From a virus, in IMG/VR virus record IMGVR_UViG_3300033144_002959, positions 29,709 through 93,708 of that record: 64,000 bases of DNA; one strand, given 5' to 3'. Below, one piece after another: positions 48,512 through 57,841 of this stretch (within the stretch, counting starts at the first letter, position 1; each line of letters starts with the position of its first letter). Made by a program: the position numbers and the translations under genes. The notes under the pieces are model-generated. The model worked only from the letters and a program-made list of their open reading frames with translations, ran no database searches and was not told the DNA's origin.

Positions 48512-50650
48512 TCACTTGAACACGTCAAATACCAAGCGATTTTTGGATACAGCCTTTGGCTTTACCCGCACCGGAGTACCGGCTTTCTCCATCATTTCGA
48601 ACAGCTTAGTCGCGACGTGCTCGCCTCCGATTTCTTTGGCGAACCCTTCATCAATCTCGACTATACCATCGCTTTCAAGTAATTCCTCAATTGTTTCAAC
48701 ACGTGACACCACCTTCCAACCCGCATCACGTAATTTGTTGACCTGATCTGGCGTCGAAAAACTAGACGGAACTATGATCACTTTTTCTTTCAGTTTCTGC
48801 CAATTCAAATTCATCAACGCCTTTATTCGATCATGCGTTTCCGCTTCATTGACCGAATTGTTAGGTGGCCCAACCAGATTCCAAAGCATCTTGTCGGCAT
48901 CCAACCTGTTCTCTCCGGGCAACGTCAAATCAATGTAGCACTCAACAATATCGGTGTCGGCTTCCGCCTTCATCAGAAATTGTGTGAACTGTCCAAGGTC
49001 TGATCCCCCGGTCGCAATGTATCGATTGTCCAGCACCTTGCTATCGTGCGACGTCTTGACCATAACCTTATCGGTCGCATCAATCGCCCAACCTAAAACA
49101 GTTTTCGCGTAATCGTCAACGTCGCCTTTCGTAAGCACCAACGGTTGTAACCAGACTTTACCGCTGGCACCGTCAATCGTAATCTTTGGCCAACCAGATA
49201 TCTCCGGCAAGTCTATGCAACCAACAACACAATGTTTTTCAAGTGATCGCCCGACAACCGCTGCATGACTGGTCGCTCCCCCGGTTCGTGTCAGGATGCC
49301 GACACTCGCTGCCATGCCCCCAAAATCTTCTGGCGTCGTTTCATCCGTGACCAGTATCACCGGCTTATCCGCACCGAGCATCTTAGCTTCCTCAGCACTG
49401 GTAACAACGCTACCAACAACCAGACCACCACCAGCGGCGATACCCTGATAATCCGGCTCAGGAACTTCGCCCTTGATCCGAACTTTTTTCATTGCCATGT
49501 ACTGCTTGGCGCTAACTCGACTGACCGCTTCCTCTTTGGAAATCAATCCGCCCTTCGCCATGTCATGTGCAATTCTGAATGCTGCCTTGCCGCTTCGCTT
49601 GCCAACTCTGCACTGGAGCATCCAAAGTTTACCGTCTTCAACAGTGAACTCGATATCCATCATTTCTTTGTAATGCTTCTCAAGCGTCATGGCGATATCA
49701 TCCAGTTCTTTCGCAATGTCCGCATTCCAAACAGCCATGCCCGTTAAATCGAGCGGAGTAGTAGTGCCAGCAACAACGTCTTCGCCCTGAGCGTTCACAA
49801 GGAACTCACCCATCATTGCGTTTTTGCCTGTTGCTGGGTCGCGAGTAAACGCAACACCGGAACATGACTCATCGTTCATGTTGCCATACACCATCATTTG
49901 AATGTTGACCGCAGTACCCAAGTCATTATCCATGTCGTGCAACTCCCGGTATTCTTTCGCTCGCTTGCTGTCCCACGAGTTGAACACCGCAGTAATCGAT
50001 CCGATCAACTGATCACGCAAGGTGTCGGGAAAGTCGGTGCCAAATCGTTTCGCGTAATGCGTCTCAAACTTAATAACCGCTTTGGTCAAATGCTTGACAC
50101 TCTTCACCGTCTCCGCATCGGAACTCGGTGACGATTTCAAATTATATTTGTAGCCCTTGATGAAATCCCACAACTGACCGAACCCATGCAAGCCCTTAAC
50201 CGTTGTGGCGTACTGAGAAATCTGACGACGTCTGCAATCAAGCGCTGAGCATTCGCCCAGTCGCGATTTCCAGTCATCAAGATTGTCGGACGTCAGCCCG
50301 ATATTCAACAGGGTATCCATCATACCCGGCATCGAAAACTTACCGCCAGATCGCACAGAAAACAGCGGCTCATAGCCAACCGTCTTCGTGATTTTTTCCA
50401 GCGCCGGAAGCACATACTTATCAACTAACATTTCGACATACTTATTTTTTTCAAAGTTGCCGGTCATGTCGTTTCGATATGAATTACATGCCAGTGTCGG
50501 AATCGTGATCCCGTAAGGTACAGGCATACCCAGCTTGGCCATTTCAGCAAGGTTCGCGCCCTTGCCACCAAGCAGGTCTGACATTGAAGCATCGCCTTCG
50601 GTGAAACCATTCACCGAACCGAATTGATAAATTACTTGACCTTCTGCCAT
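48512..50650 (-). CDS. Pyruvate phosphate dikinase-like protein lacking the pyruvate-binding barrel
   Basis: GGKGANLAEM, SVRSG..SMPGMMDT, NAQGEDVVAG, DIEFT, GGATSHAAVV present; 712 aa; canonical C-terminal motifs not seen. Confidence 0.9.
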   Translation of the reverse strand: MAEGQVIYQFGSVNGFTEGDASMSDLLGGKGANLAEMAKLGMPVPYGITIPTLACNSYRNDMTGNFEKNKYVEMLVDKYVLPALEKITKTVGYEPLFSVRSGGKFSMPGMMDTLLNIGLTSDNLDDWKSRLGECSALDCRRRQISQYATTVKGLHGFGQLWDFIKGYKYNLKSSPSSDAETVKSVKHLTKAVIKFETHYAKRFGTDFPDTLRDQLIGSITAVFNSWDSKRAKEYRELHDMDNDLGTAVNIQMMVYGNMNDESCSGVAFTRDPATGKNAMMGEFLVNAQGEDVVAGTTTPLDLTGMAVWNADIAKELDDIAMTLEKHYKEMMDIEFTVEDGKLWMLQCRVGKRSGKAAFRIAHDMAKGGLISKEEAVSRVSAKQYMAMKKVRIKGEVPEPDYQGIAAGGGLVVGSVVTSAEEAKMLGADKPVILVTDETTPEDFGGMAASVGILTRTGGATSHAAVVGRSLEKHCVVGCIDLPEISGWPKITIDGASGKVWLQPLVLTKGDVDDYAKTVLGWAIDATDKVMVKTSHDSKVLDNRYIATGGSDLGQFTQFLMKAEADTDIVECYIDLTLPGENRLDADKMLWNLVGPPNNSVNEAETHDRIKALMNLNWQKLKEKVIIVPSSFSTPDQVNKLRDAGWKVVSRVETIEELLESDGIVEIDEGFAKEIGGEHVATKLFEMMEKAGTPVRVKPKAVSKNRLVFDVFK

Positions 50651-50677
50651 TTATGCCTCCCTGTCTTTGGTACCCTC

Positions 50678-50706
50678 ATTGTCTCAAACGTGGGTACGTT
50701 TGTCAA
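50678..50706 (-). promoter_or_regulatory. Sigma70-like promoter of the dikinase gene
   Basis: TTGACA-aacgtacccacgtttga(17)-GACAAT. Confidence 0.7.
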
Positions 50707-50894
50707 ATTCTATTGATCGTCGCACCCAGCCCCTCGGCTACCTCGACCAGTGTAGAAATTTCCAACTCACTGAAACCATCAATCTCAACATGCACCTGAC
50801 TGTCTTCAGTCCACCAAATGTATTTGTCGAGTACAGCTTCCTCAATGAACAGCGCCTCATTCGTGTTACTCGGAAAGAAGATATTCAGTTGCAT
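50703..50894 (-). CDS. Hypothetical protein
   Basis: 63 aa from ATG 50894. Confidence 0.45.
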   Translation of the reverse strand: MQLNIFFPSNTNEALFIEEAVLDKYIWWTEDSQVHVEIDGFSELEISTLVEVAEGLGATINRI

Positions 50895-51417
50895 ACCCAG
50901 CGTACCCCGCAAAGTTATCCAACGTCACGATGTCCAGTTTGAAATGCGTGTCCGTCTTATTCAAAACCTCGCGCCATTTTGTTGTGCGAAGTATATTCAA
51001 TCGTTTCGTCGGTGCCGGAATTTCATACGGCGTCGTGCCTTGGATACCGTAGCGCAAAACATCGTACGCCTCAACCGATCCTTCGCCCTGCTCAAGCGCA
51101 ATGAACACCGTCCGATAGTGCGGAAATACTCGGATGATTGACGTCCAGTCTCCGGCCCTCTCGCTGAAACCCACAGCTGCCTGATATGTCGAGTGCAAGT
51201 AGTTGAATGCGTCCCGCAATTTTACTTCGTGCCGACTACTCACGTTCATATGTTTTCGAATCGCTTCCTGAGTGGTCGTATCGATCACCATTGCGTTCAC
51301 AACTTCACGGATTTTCTCGCGGTTAAATTGCACCAGCTGATCGTGATAATAAATCAGCCCGTTCCACGTGCTCGCGGAATTCGGTGCTTTCAATGCTTGG
51401 GTCAAATCGTATTTCAA
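50866..51417 (-). CDS. Hypothetical protein
   Basis: 183 aa, TTG start with CACGGAGG RBS. Confidence 0.65.
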   Translation of the reverse strand: MKYDLTQALKAPNSASTWNGLIYYHDQLVQFNREKIREVVNAMVIDTTTQEAIRKHMNVSSRHEVKLRDAFNYLHSTYQAAVGFSERAGDWTSIIRVFPHYRTVFIALEQGEGSVEAYDVLRYGIQGTTPYEIPAPTKRLNILRTTKWREVLNKTDTHFKLDIVTLDNFAGYAGYATEYLLSE

Positions 51418-51434
51418 TCTAGCCTCCGTGACTA

Positions 51435-52040
51435 TTACTCTACTATTGCATAGTGAAACCGCTTTGTCAAATAGACTTTATGCTCATTTGAATCCAGCGC
51501 CATCCACAGCTTGTAATCCCTATCGAAATATCGGTGCACTGCTTGCAACAACTCAGTGTCGTAAAAATCAGGCCAGTGATAATAACCATGCTGCGGTTTG
51601 TAAGGCATTTTCATCGACACCCCGAGCCAGTCCGACAAAGCCCCTTTCGCCAACCACTGCATACGCTCAAGCTGCCCGACCCATATCAGACCATCGGCAC
51701 CACTCAAATGCCCAGCAAGTTCGTTCGTCTGTGGCCGGATATGAGCATTAAAGCTGTCAGGGTCTTGGGCCAATACCCACCGGCACCACTCTGGGAAATC
51801 GACGTGCGGCCCAAACTTCGATATACCGTCGAGAGTAGATGTCTCAATCTTTGGCCTAACAAGATGATTCCAACACGACACCAACCTGTGTGCTGGGTTA
51901 CGGACCACGGTCACATAACGATGTTCAGGAAACTGGTGTGGCCCCCAATGCTTTCCTGCGAACGCCTTTCGAATATTCGATGACCCGCACTTCATCAATC
52001 CAATAGCTGTGACTGCTCCGCATTCTATGGGGACTGACAC
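51435..52040 (-). CDS. Sulfotransferase family 2-like protein
   Basis: MKCGSSNI (5'-PSB), VVRNPAHRLVSCW (3'-PB), HIRPQ, VGQLE, FYD...YFDRDY. Confidence 0.82.
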   Translation of the reverse strand: MSVPIECGAVTAIGLMKCGSSNIRKAFAGKHWGPHQFPEHRYVTVVRNPAHRLVSCWNHLVRPKIETSTLDGISKFGPHVDFPEWCRWVLAQDPDSFNAHIRPQTNELAGHLSGADGLIWVGQLERMQWLAKGALSDWLGVSMKMPYKPQHGYYHWPDFYDTELLQAVHRYFDRDYKLWMALDSNEHKVYLTKRFHYAIVE

Positions 52041-52041
52041 T

Positions 52042-52467
52042 TCACACGCTGCACTCTTCGACTGGATTGCCGGATTCTATGCAGCGCAAATACCTGAGTC
52101 GCTTCTGTAAATCAGCCCGGTATTCAATCAACACTTCCAGCTCTAAGTCTTGATCGGCATTACGTTCTGACAAATTATTCAGATACCTAATCTGCAAATT
52201 CAACCGGCTCAAATCAATTTCAGCATCTGCAATTTCCCGGTGTCGCCGCTCGTCAACAAGGTCTTCGCCGTATTCCTTGAGCACCTGTAATTGCGCCTCT
52301 TGCGTTTCAGACGCCTCGGCCTCAGTGACAACCCACTCGTCAACCGCTTCCCACATTCCAGCGATTGCAAAGTACGCAGCAATAATCGCCGCCGCTCCAG
52401 TCGATACCGACGTCAGCCATTTCCATGTTTCACTGAGACTGCCCCAGTGCTGCTTAACTGATTTCAT
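52042..52467 (-). CDS. Membrane-anchored coiled-coil protein
   Basis: Hydrophobic AAAIIAAYFAIAGMW then heptads; terminal C...C. Confidence 0.6.
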   Translation of the reverse strand: MKSVKQHWGSLSETWKWLTSVSTGAAAIIAAYFAIAGMWEAVDEWVVTEAEASETQEAQLQVLKEYGEDLVDERRHREIADAEIDLSRLNLQIRYLNNLSERNADQDLELEVLIEYRADLQKRLRYLRCIESGNPVEECSV

Positions 52468-52476
52468 CGTGCCCCC

Positions 52477-52492
52477 GTCCAATCAATTGGAC
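52477..52492. promoter_or_regulatory. 16-bp palindromic site, copy 6
   Basis: Exact reverse orientation GTCCAATCAATTGGAC, intergenic, 9 nt before an ATG. Confidence 0.8.
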
Positions 52493-52496
52493 TCGA

Positions 52497-52805
52497 CTAC
52501 TCAATCGTAACGGATAAATCTGCCACGGCTTCAGGAGCTGACAAAATCTGCTCCGACGTTACTTCAGCAGTATCCGAGCGCCGAGCCTCGGTATCCACAA
52601 CAACAGCCCGAAAGATATACGTGCCCGGTGCTAGATCAGCCACCACATGCTCAACATCAGGCGGAGGTACCTGAGCCAGACCAGAAAAATTCTCGCCGCC
52701 ATCAGCACTCATGCTGATTTCAAGATGCTCAATTTGTGCCTCGGGTAATGCCTCGCCGAGAACTCGTTTTGTTGGCCATGTCCACGCTAATCTTGCTGTG
52801 CTCAT
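52497..52805 (-). CDS. Fibronectin type III-like domain protein
   Basis: ARLAWTWP...ADLAPGTYIFRAVVVDTEARRS. Confidence 0.7.
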   Translation of the reverse strand: MSTARLAWTWPTKRVLGEALPEAQIEHLEISMSADGGENFSGLAQVPPPDVEHVVADLAPGTYIFRAVVVDTEARRSDTAEVTSEQILSAPEAVADLSVTIE

Positions 52806-52951
52806 TGCTCTATCTCCACTGTAAAGTTCGTGACCGGCATTGGAGTCTTATCCCGCGAATGTGGCGGACGATTCCGTTGCCTGACTACCTGTTCGCGAAT
52901 CCAGTCGCGTACTCTTTTCAAGAATCCCTTCAGTCGATTGATCAGTGACAT
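52802..52951 (-). CDS. Small hypothetical protein (49 aa, below ORF track cut-off)
   Basis: MSLINRLKGFLKRVRDWIREQVVRQRNRPPHSRDKTPMPVTNFTVEIEQ; fills the gap and overlaps both neighbours. Confidence 0.5.
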   Translation of the reverse strand: MSLINRLKGFLKRVRDWIREQVVRQRNRPPHSRDKTPMPVTNFTVEIEQ

Positions 52952-54072
52952 ACTGCCACAACCATCACGGGTTCTGTGTTTCCCGTGATCGTAACGTCAG
53001 CCACAGGAACGCTGTAGCCGGTGAATGGAAGAAAATTAAACAGCCCTTTCACCATACTGTTTTCGTCGCACTCCGTGCCAACCGGTACCGTGCCAATAAT
53101 AAACGCCACGAAGTTACCGCCTGATTGCGCCACTGTGTAAGCCTTATCATCCGACACTTCCAGCGGACCAATTACTTGAAACGCATCATTAGAAAATACC
53201 GATTCGACACCCTCGGTGTTATACGCCGTTGACACGTAGCGATACTCACCCGGAGGCAACCAGTCACCCGTCCACGATGTAACCGTTGGGTCTTCGGTGT
53301 CGTGCACCTGACGAAAAATACGCACCCCTGCAAGATTCTCCAGCGGAGTACCGTCTTCATTTTCAATCGGCAGCGTCCAACTTATCGTCGGTGGATTATT
53401 CGTGCCCGGAGGCACAGTAGGATTTTCACAAGCAGGGTCAATGCCCTGATCCCAGCTCCCCGTATTATCTAACGGCACGTTCGCATTGATAGTGCCAACA
53501 ACATCAACTGAACAGCCATTGTATGACTGAGACAAATCATAAGTTCGCAGCTTGAAGGTGCCATTAGAAGGCTGGCTTCCATCAACCTGTGCGCCGTACA
53601 CTCCGTTGACTATGTCCGGGTCAGGGAAAACAGTTGTCGGGGTTGTCTGCCAATCGTGAATCCTGACCACGCCATCAACGAGTACAGCGTAACCTGACTG
53701 GTCCCACGTGATTACAATTTTAACTTCGACGCCGTTCGCTGGCAGACCCCACCGTGTTCTGTATAACCTGCGTTCGTCAGCGTCGTTGTACCACTCGCCG
53801 TGTATGCCATCGTCCCAAACCCAAACACCCAAATGATTCGGTATGTCCAGTATTCTCAGGGAGTCACCCGTGGTATGCAGCTGCCCCGGCGTAAAATCAA
53901 TCTCAAGCCTACCGACTGACTGCCCGAACGTTTCAAGGTCCGATGCGGATAACGCGACAACGCCATCGCCTTCATTCCACACGCGCTCAAAATAAGGTAG
54001 CAATTCCTCTTGTGCTTGTGCCCCAAACGCTAGGCCGCACAGCGCAACAATGACCCAGTATCTATTCATCAT
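52942..54072 (-). CDS. Exported protein with ConA-like and FN3-like domains
   Basis: Signal peptide ending AQA; ITWD...VLVDG; ISWTLPIENEDGTPLENLAG...GEYRYVSTAYNTEGVES.FSN. Confidence 0.75.
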   Translation of the reverse strand: MMNRYWVIVALCGLAFGAQAQEELLPYFERVWNEGDGVVALSASDLETFGQSVGRLEIDFTPGQLHTTGDSLRILDIPNHLGVWVWDDGIHGEWYNDADERRLYRTRWGLPANGVEVKIVITWDQSGYAVLVDGVVRIHDWQTTPTTVFPDPDIVNGVYGAQVDGSQPSNGTFKLRTYDLSQSYNGCSVDVVGTINANVPLDNTGSWDQGIDPACENPTVPPGTNNPPTISWTLPIENEDGTPLENLAGVRIFRQVHDTEDPTVTSWTGDWLPPGEYRYVSTAYNTEGVESVFSNDAFQVIGPLEVSDDKAYTVAQSGGNFVAFIIGTVPVGTECDENSMVKGLFNFLPFTGYSVPVADVTITGNTEPVMVVAVCH

Positions 54073-54400
54073 TATCCCCGAATCTTGATTGTACCTCTTC
54101 GCTTTCTACGCTGACTTTCGCGTAGCTCTCTGCCGAACTGTGGAAGGATATTTCCGTGACCTTTGGTTTTGTTACCGTAACCGGGGCCACACCCTTGTTG
54201 AAAGCCACGACTATCGCGTCCTCGATTGCCGCCTTGCTCAACTTCAGCAGCACTCCGCCCTTCATGTGCAGCGTCATCACGTGTTCTGCTTGAATGCTGT
54301 GGAACGAGACTTCCTCGATCTGAGACACCGGATTCCACCCTTCCTCCAGTGCGTTTTCGATCATTGATGTTACTTCTTTTTTTGAAAATGGAATTTTCAT
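54062..54400 (-). CDS. Hypothetical protein with internal duplication
   Basis: EEVSFHS / TEISFHS repeat; ATG at 54400. Confidence 0.55.
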   Translation of the reverse strand: MKIPFSKKEVTSMIENALEEGWNPVSQIEEVSFHSIQAEHVMTLHMKGGVLLKLSKAAIEDAIVVAFNKGVAPVTVTKPKVTEISFHSSAESYAKVSVESEEVQSRFGDNDE

Positions 54401-54698
54401 TAAGACCCCTGCTCTCCAAATCAGCAACCATCAGCTGCTTCAACTCTTTCCACTGATCCTCAGACCTGCACCCCGGCCTCGATGGATGCCACTTCGCTGC
54501 TACAAAATCCGCATCAACATCTGGCTTCGGCGACTCAACCGCTTGAAAATATCGTAAACAATACGACCGTATAAGCCCATACGTTCGATGGCCTTCACGC
54601 GCTTCCGCAACCCGCTGTTGCATTCGCTCTTGCAAATCTCTCGGACAATGCCTGCCATTTACTCGGTCGTCATTACCGGAGTTAGTGTCATCTGGCAT
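54072..54698 (-). CDS. Hypothetical protein (3' half overlaps 54062-54400 in another frame)
   Basis: 208 aa ORF; N-terminal half fills an otherwise empty gap. Confidence 0.4.
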   Translation of the reverse strand: MPDDTNSGNDDRVNGRHCPRDLQERMQQRVAEAREGHRTYGLIRSYCLRYFQAVESPKPDVDADFVAAKWHPSRPGCRSEDQWKELKQLMVADLESRGLNENSIFKKRSNINDRKRTGGRVESGVSDRGSLVPQHSSRTRDDAAHEGRSAAEVEQGGNRGRDSRGFQQGCGPGYGNKTKGHGNILPQFGRELRESQRRKRRGTIKIRG

Positions 54699-54719
54699 CC
54701 CGCCCTTTACGACCTGTCG

Positions 54720-54914
54720 TCAACAGGTTATTGGATCAACGTCAAACTCTCCACTCTGGGGCGCTGAGCAATCTTCTCTTGGCGGTCCCGTTCCTGTCTT
54801 GCAATAGAACGTGACTTCATCTGGCGGCTCACCGCAAATGTAAGCGTCGGCTTCCTGCTTGGCACATCCCGATAGGGCACTCAGCGAAATTACAATCAGT
54901 AAGTACTTGAACAT
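54720..54914 (-). CDS. Small lipoprotein
   Basis: MFKYLLIVISLSALSGC lipobox; AGGAGG RBS; four further Cys. Confidence 0.7.
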   Translation of the reverse strand: MFKYLLIVISLSALSGCAKQEADAYICGEPPDEVTFYCKTGTGPPREDCSAPQSGEFDVDPITC

Positions 54915-54937
54915 AACCCCCTCCTGTGCAGACCACC

Positions 54938-55270
54938 TTAATCGAACCACGTTTCCCACTCAACCTTGTGGTAAATATCGTACAGGCTCGCACCCATCCG
55001 ACGCATGTAAATTTTAGCGGCACACTTGCGACCCATATCTTCGAACCGAAAAAATTGGTGGTGCCCGTTGCCCCAGTAAAATTCGTCTTTGTGATATCTA
55101 CCAACAGCTATGACGTCGCCCGGTGTGACCATTGGGGACGGTGGCATAAGCGTCTGTCCGTTTTTGCCGGTGACTGTAAACTGGTACGGATCGATATTGA
55201 CCTGCACGTAAACAATCGTGTTGTCGAGTGGACCCCCAACCAACATTCGATGCACATGCTCCCAGCTCAT
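54938..55270 (-). CDS. Hypothetical protein
   Basis: LVGGPLD N-terminal motif; ATGA-coupled. Confidence 0.6.
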   Translation of the reverse strand: MSWEHVHRMLVGGPLDNTIVYVQVNIDPYQFTVTGKNGQTLMPPSPMVTPGDVIAVGRYHKDEFYWGNGHHQFFRFEDMGRKCAAKIYMRRMGASLYDIYHKVEWETWFD

Positions 55271-55953
55271 GCAGTCTTCGCGAGGTACTGATCCATGTGA
55301 GCAGTGCTGCAAAACAGCACCCCAGCCTGCCTACGATGCTCTGTAATGAACTGACCACAGCACCGGCACCTGTCGTTACGGATCGGTGTCACGTTGCTTG
55401 GAAGCGCTTTCAGGCCCTCTGGTGCGTCGTGACCGTCTTCCTCTGCGGCCTTGCAAACCAGCCAATTGATGAACAGCTCAATCGGGATATTCAGAATGTC
55501 ACCTTCCTTGGCCCCCAGCTTGCCGACGTCAGCGATAAACGCCTCCAACAGATCACTGGCAGTCAGGTACTTATTCAGGATTCTCGGATCGAGTCTCGGA
55601 TTCTGTGGCGGTGGTGAACTACCGAAGCCAGCATTGCCACCACTGGTTCCGCCGTATATCGTAATGCCAGTATTCGTGGTCGTCTGCGGAGTGCCTGTAG
55701 AAATCAAAAATGTATTGTCATCAAGCTGACTCACCGCAGCTGTCTGCCCGGTGTCGTTTCCAATCGACAGCATATGCTGCGTCGCTGTCGCCATCGTCGC
55801 ATTCGTGCCTGCGTGTATAAACGCTGCCATGTCAGGTTGCTCCATCCATTGAAATCTTTTTGTTTGGCCATTCGGCACATTCATACAAAACCGGGGCTTC
55901 GGCGGCGGCGGTTGCGGACGTTGCGGGGCATTGCATGAATAGCAATTGGTCAC
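55267..55953 (-). CDS. Hypothetical protein with terminal zinc-finger-like motifs
   Basis: CYSC at N-terminus; CRCCG...FCSTAH at C-terminus. Confidence 0.6.
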   Translation of the reverse strand: MTNCYSCNAPQRPQPPPPKPRFCMNVPNGQTKRFQWMEQPDMAAFIHAGTNATMATATQHMLSIGNDTGQTAAVSQLDDNTFLISTGTPQTTTNTGITIYGGTSGGNAGFGSSPPPQNPRLDPRILNKYLTASDLLEAFIADVGKLGAKEGDILNIPIELFINWLVCKAAEEDGHDAPEGLKALPSNVTPIRNDRCRCCGQFITEHRRQAGVLFCSTAHMDQYLAKTA

Positions 55954-56357
55954 GTATATTTATCCAGAAACCGCTCGCGAATATGCTGGTGTGCCGACGT
56001 CGTTTTTATGTTCTCAGTCTCAGCAGACCACATCGTTTCAGTCGGGGCGTCAATCCATTCGGTTTCCCCCTTACGATCTGTATGCGACCAACGGTCCCCG
56101 GTCATCACTCCATCCTTCACAACTCGGAAATGAATATGCCCACAGTGCGGACAAATAATCCTGTGGTTACCGTTCACATCGAAATTGATTTTCGCAACGA
56201 TTACCTTGTGGCACTCGCTGCATTTTTCCTCCGTACGAACAATGCCTTTCCCCTTCAGGTTAAAACCGTCTAACTCTAGCTCACCGTCTTTCATGTCCAG
56301 AACACCCAATACGTTACGGCCCAAAATACGATACCAACTGCAAAACCTACCAAGCAA
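55950..56357 (-). CDS. Zn-ribbon protein
   Basis: CSEC...CPHCGH; start uncertain (possibly 56294). Confidence 0.6.
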   Translation of the reverse strand: MLGRFCSWYRILGRNVLGVLDMKDGELELDGFNLKGKGIVRTEEKCSECHKVIVAKINFDVNGNHRIICPHCGHIHFRVVKDGVMTGDRWSHTDRKGETEWIDAPTETMWSAETENIKTTSAHQHIRERFLDKYT

Positions 56358-56393
56358 CCACTACCGGGCGGAAATTTATCGTCATCAAAATCG

Positions 56394-56726
56394 TCATACA
56401 TCGGCAAACTCCATTACTGCGATGTGCGTTCCTTCTGGGTCAACCACTTCCGTCTTATGAATCTGGAACAATCCTCCGAGCGTCCAGTCACAGCCGCGCC
56501 CCTCCACGTAGCGACCGATGCACGAGAAGAAAAACTTATCCCTCCCATTCTCAACTCGGTTATCAACAAACTCACGAAATGTCTGAACCTCTTCACACAC
56601 CGGGCACTGAAATTTCCAGTGGTGCATGTCTTCGCCGAATTTCTCCGTACCCTCGGCCTGCCACTCGGCAAAGCTAATCGTTCGCCGCTCGACCTTGCTG
56701 GGTTTTGCCTTTCCGTTCCCTGTCAT
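56394..56726 (-). CDS. VVA0879-like zinc-binding phage protein
   Basis: W.AEG..KFG...WKFQCPVC...CIGRY...GCDWTLGGLF. Confidence 0.7.
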   Translation of the reverse strand: MTGNGKAKPSKVERRTISFAEWQAEGTEKFGEDMHHWKFQCPVCEEVQTFREFVDNRVENGRDKFFFSCIGRYVEGRGCDWTLGGLFQIHKTEVVDPEGTHIAVMEFADV

Positions 56727-56804
56727 TGAATACCGCCTCGTAAAAAATCATGGCCACTGCCCCGACTGACAACAGCCCCAACAAAATTGCGACCACGATC
56801 CAGA

Positions 56805-57266
56805 TCAGAAATCTGCCAGTGTGACGACCATCATCTTCAGCTCGCGAATACGAACCGGCTCCAGATACTCGGTACGGTCTTTGACCTCTTTATCCACAAC
56901 CTCCGCACGATACGCATTGTGTTTCGTAATCAATTCCTTGATTTCGATTTCAAAAAACAATTCCTGATCATCCTGATCCGTCAGAATCTCTTTGCTGTCG
57001 TAAAGCAAACTCTGCTCAATGTCGATCCGGTCATCGGGATCAACCACAAACACACGCACTAATCTCTTGCCACTCATACCCTCTTCCTCAAAGTCATCGT
57101 CAACAGCCTGTTTCAAATGCTGATCAACTTTCTGAAAAATATCCGCGCCCACCGGGGCCGGATTATTAAATTGCAGTCGCCTGACATGCCCTTCCGGGTC
57201 TGCGGTCTGCGCCGTTGTCGTTACGTACGCCGTGTGAGAACTAATCTCTGGCATTTCTTGGTTCAT
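56805..57266 (-). CDS. Hypothetical protein
   Basis: ATGA-coupled; 153 aa. Confidence 0.65.
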   Translation of the reverse strand: MNQEMPEISSHTAYVTTTAQTADPEGHVRRLQFNNPAPVGADIFQKVDQHLKQAVDDDFEEEGMSGKRLVRVFVVDPDDRIDIEQSLLYDSKEILTDQDDQELFFEIEIKELITKHNAYRAEVVDKEVKDRTEYLEPVRIRELKMMVVTLADF

Positions 57267-57841
57267 GATGCGTCTTGCTCCCTGTAGCACTCACCCGGTT
57301 CACAGTCATAACTGCACTTCTGCCCATCGTGTGCACAATGCGTCTGTCGATATCGTGTTACTTTTTCAGCCGGAGTCTTCGCCAACACTTGCTTGAGCTG
57401 TTTGCTAATAGCCTCGAAATCCATGTCTGCCCCAGCCGGTTGCTGTAAAAACCCCATCACAAATTTCTGAATATCGGTCATGTCTTTTGCCTTACTAAGT
57501 TGCTCTACTGTCGAAGCAAAATCCCGACCAGCCATCTGTGCGCCAAGAGCATCCATAAACATAGGCAAAAATTCCCCAATAGAACCGGCGTCAACCGGCA
57601 CTAACTCACCGTCTGTGGTTTTACGCATAAGCCGTGGCTGATTCTTTCGGAAGGTCTCGACCTGAGCCTTGAACATATCGCGTTCTTTTTTCAACCGTGC
57701 AATCACCGCGTCCAGCTCTCTGGTCTGATCCTTTAACAATGCGTTTTCCTGAATCGTTCCGGCAGGATCAGCATTCGTTTCCAGATCGTGAATGTACTGC
57801 CGCACCCGTTCCGGCAACGCATTGATTTCATCAGGTGTCAT
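57263..57841 (-). CDS. Hypothetical coiled-coil protein
   Basis: INALPERVRQYIHDLETNADP N-terminus; Cys cluster at C-terminus. Confidence 0.65.
   Translation of the reverse strand: MTPDEINALPERVRQYIHDLETNADPAGTIQENALLKDQTRELDAVIARLKKERDMFKAQVETFRKNQPRLMRKTTDGELVPVDAGSIGEFLPMFMDALGAQMAGRDFASTVEQLSKAKDMTDIQKFVMGFLQQPAGADMDFEAISKQLKQVLAKTPAEKVTRYRQTHCAHDGQKCSYDCEPGECYREQDAS

Noticed and set aside
48512-50650. Calling this a functional ppdK carbon-metabolism gene
   Set aside because: Pyruvate-binding domain motifs and the catalytic Cys are not seen; gene symbol withheld.
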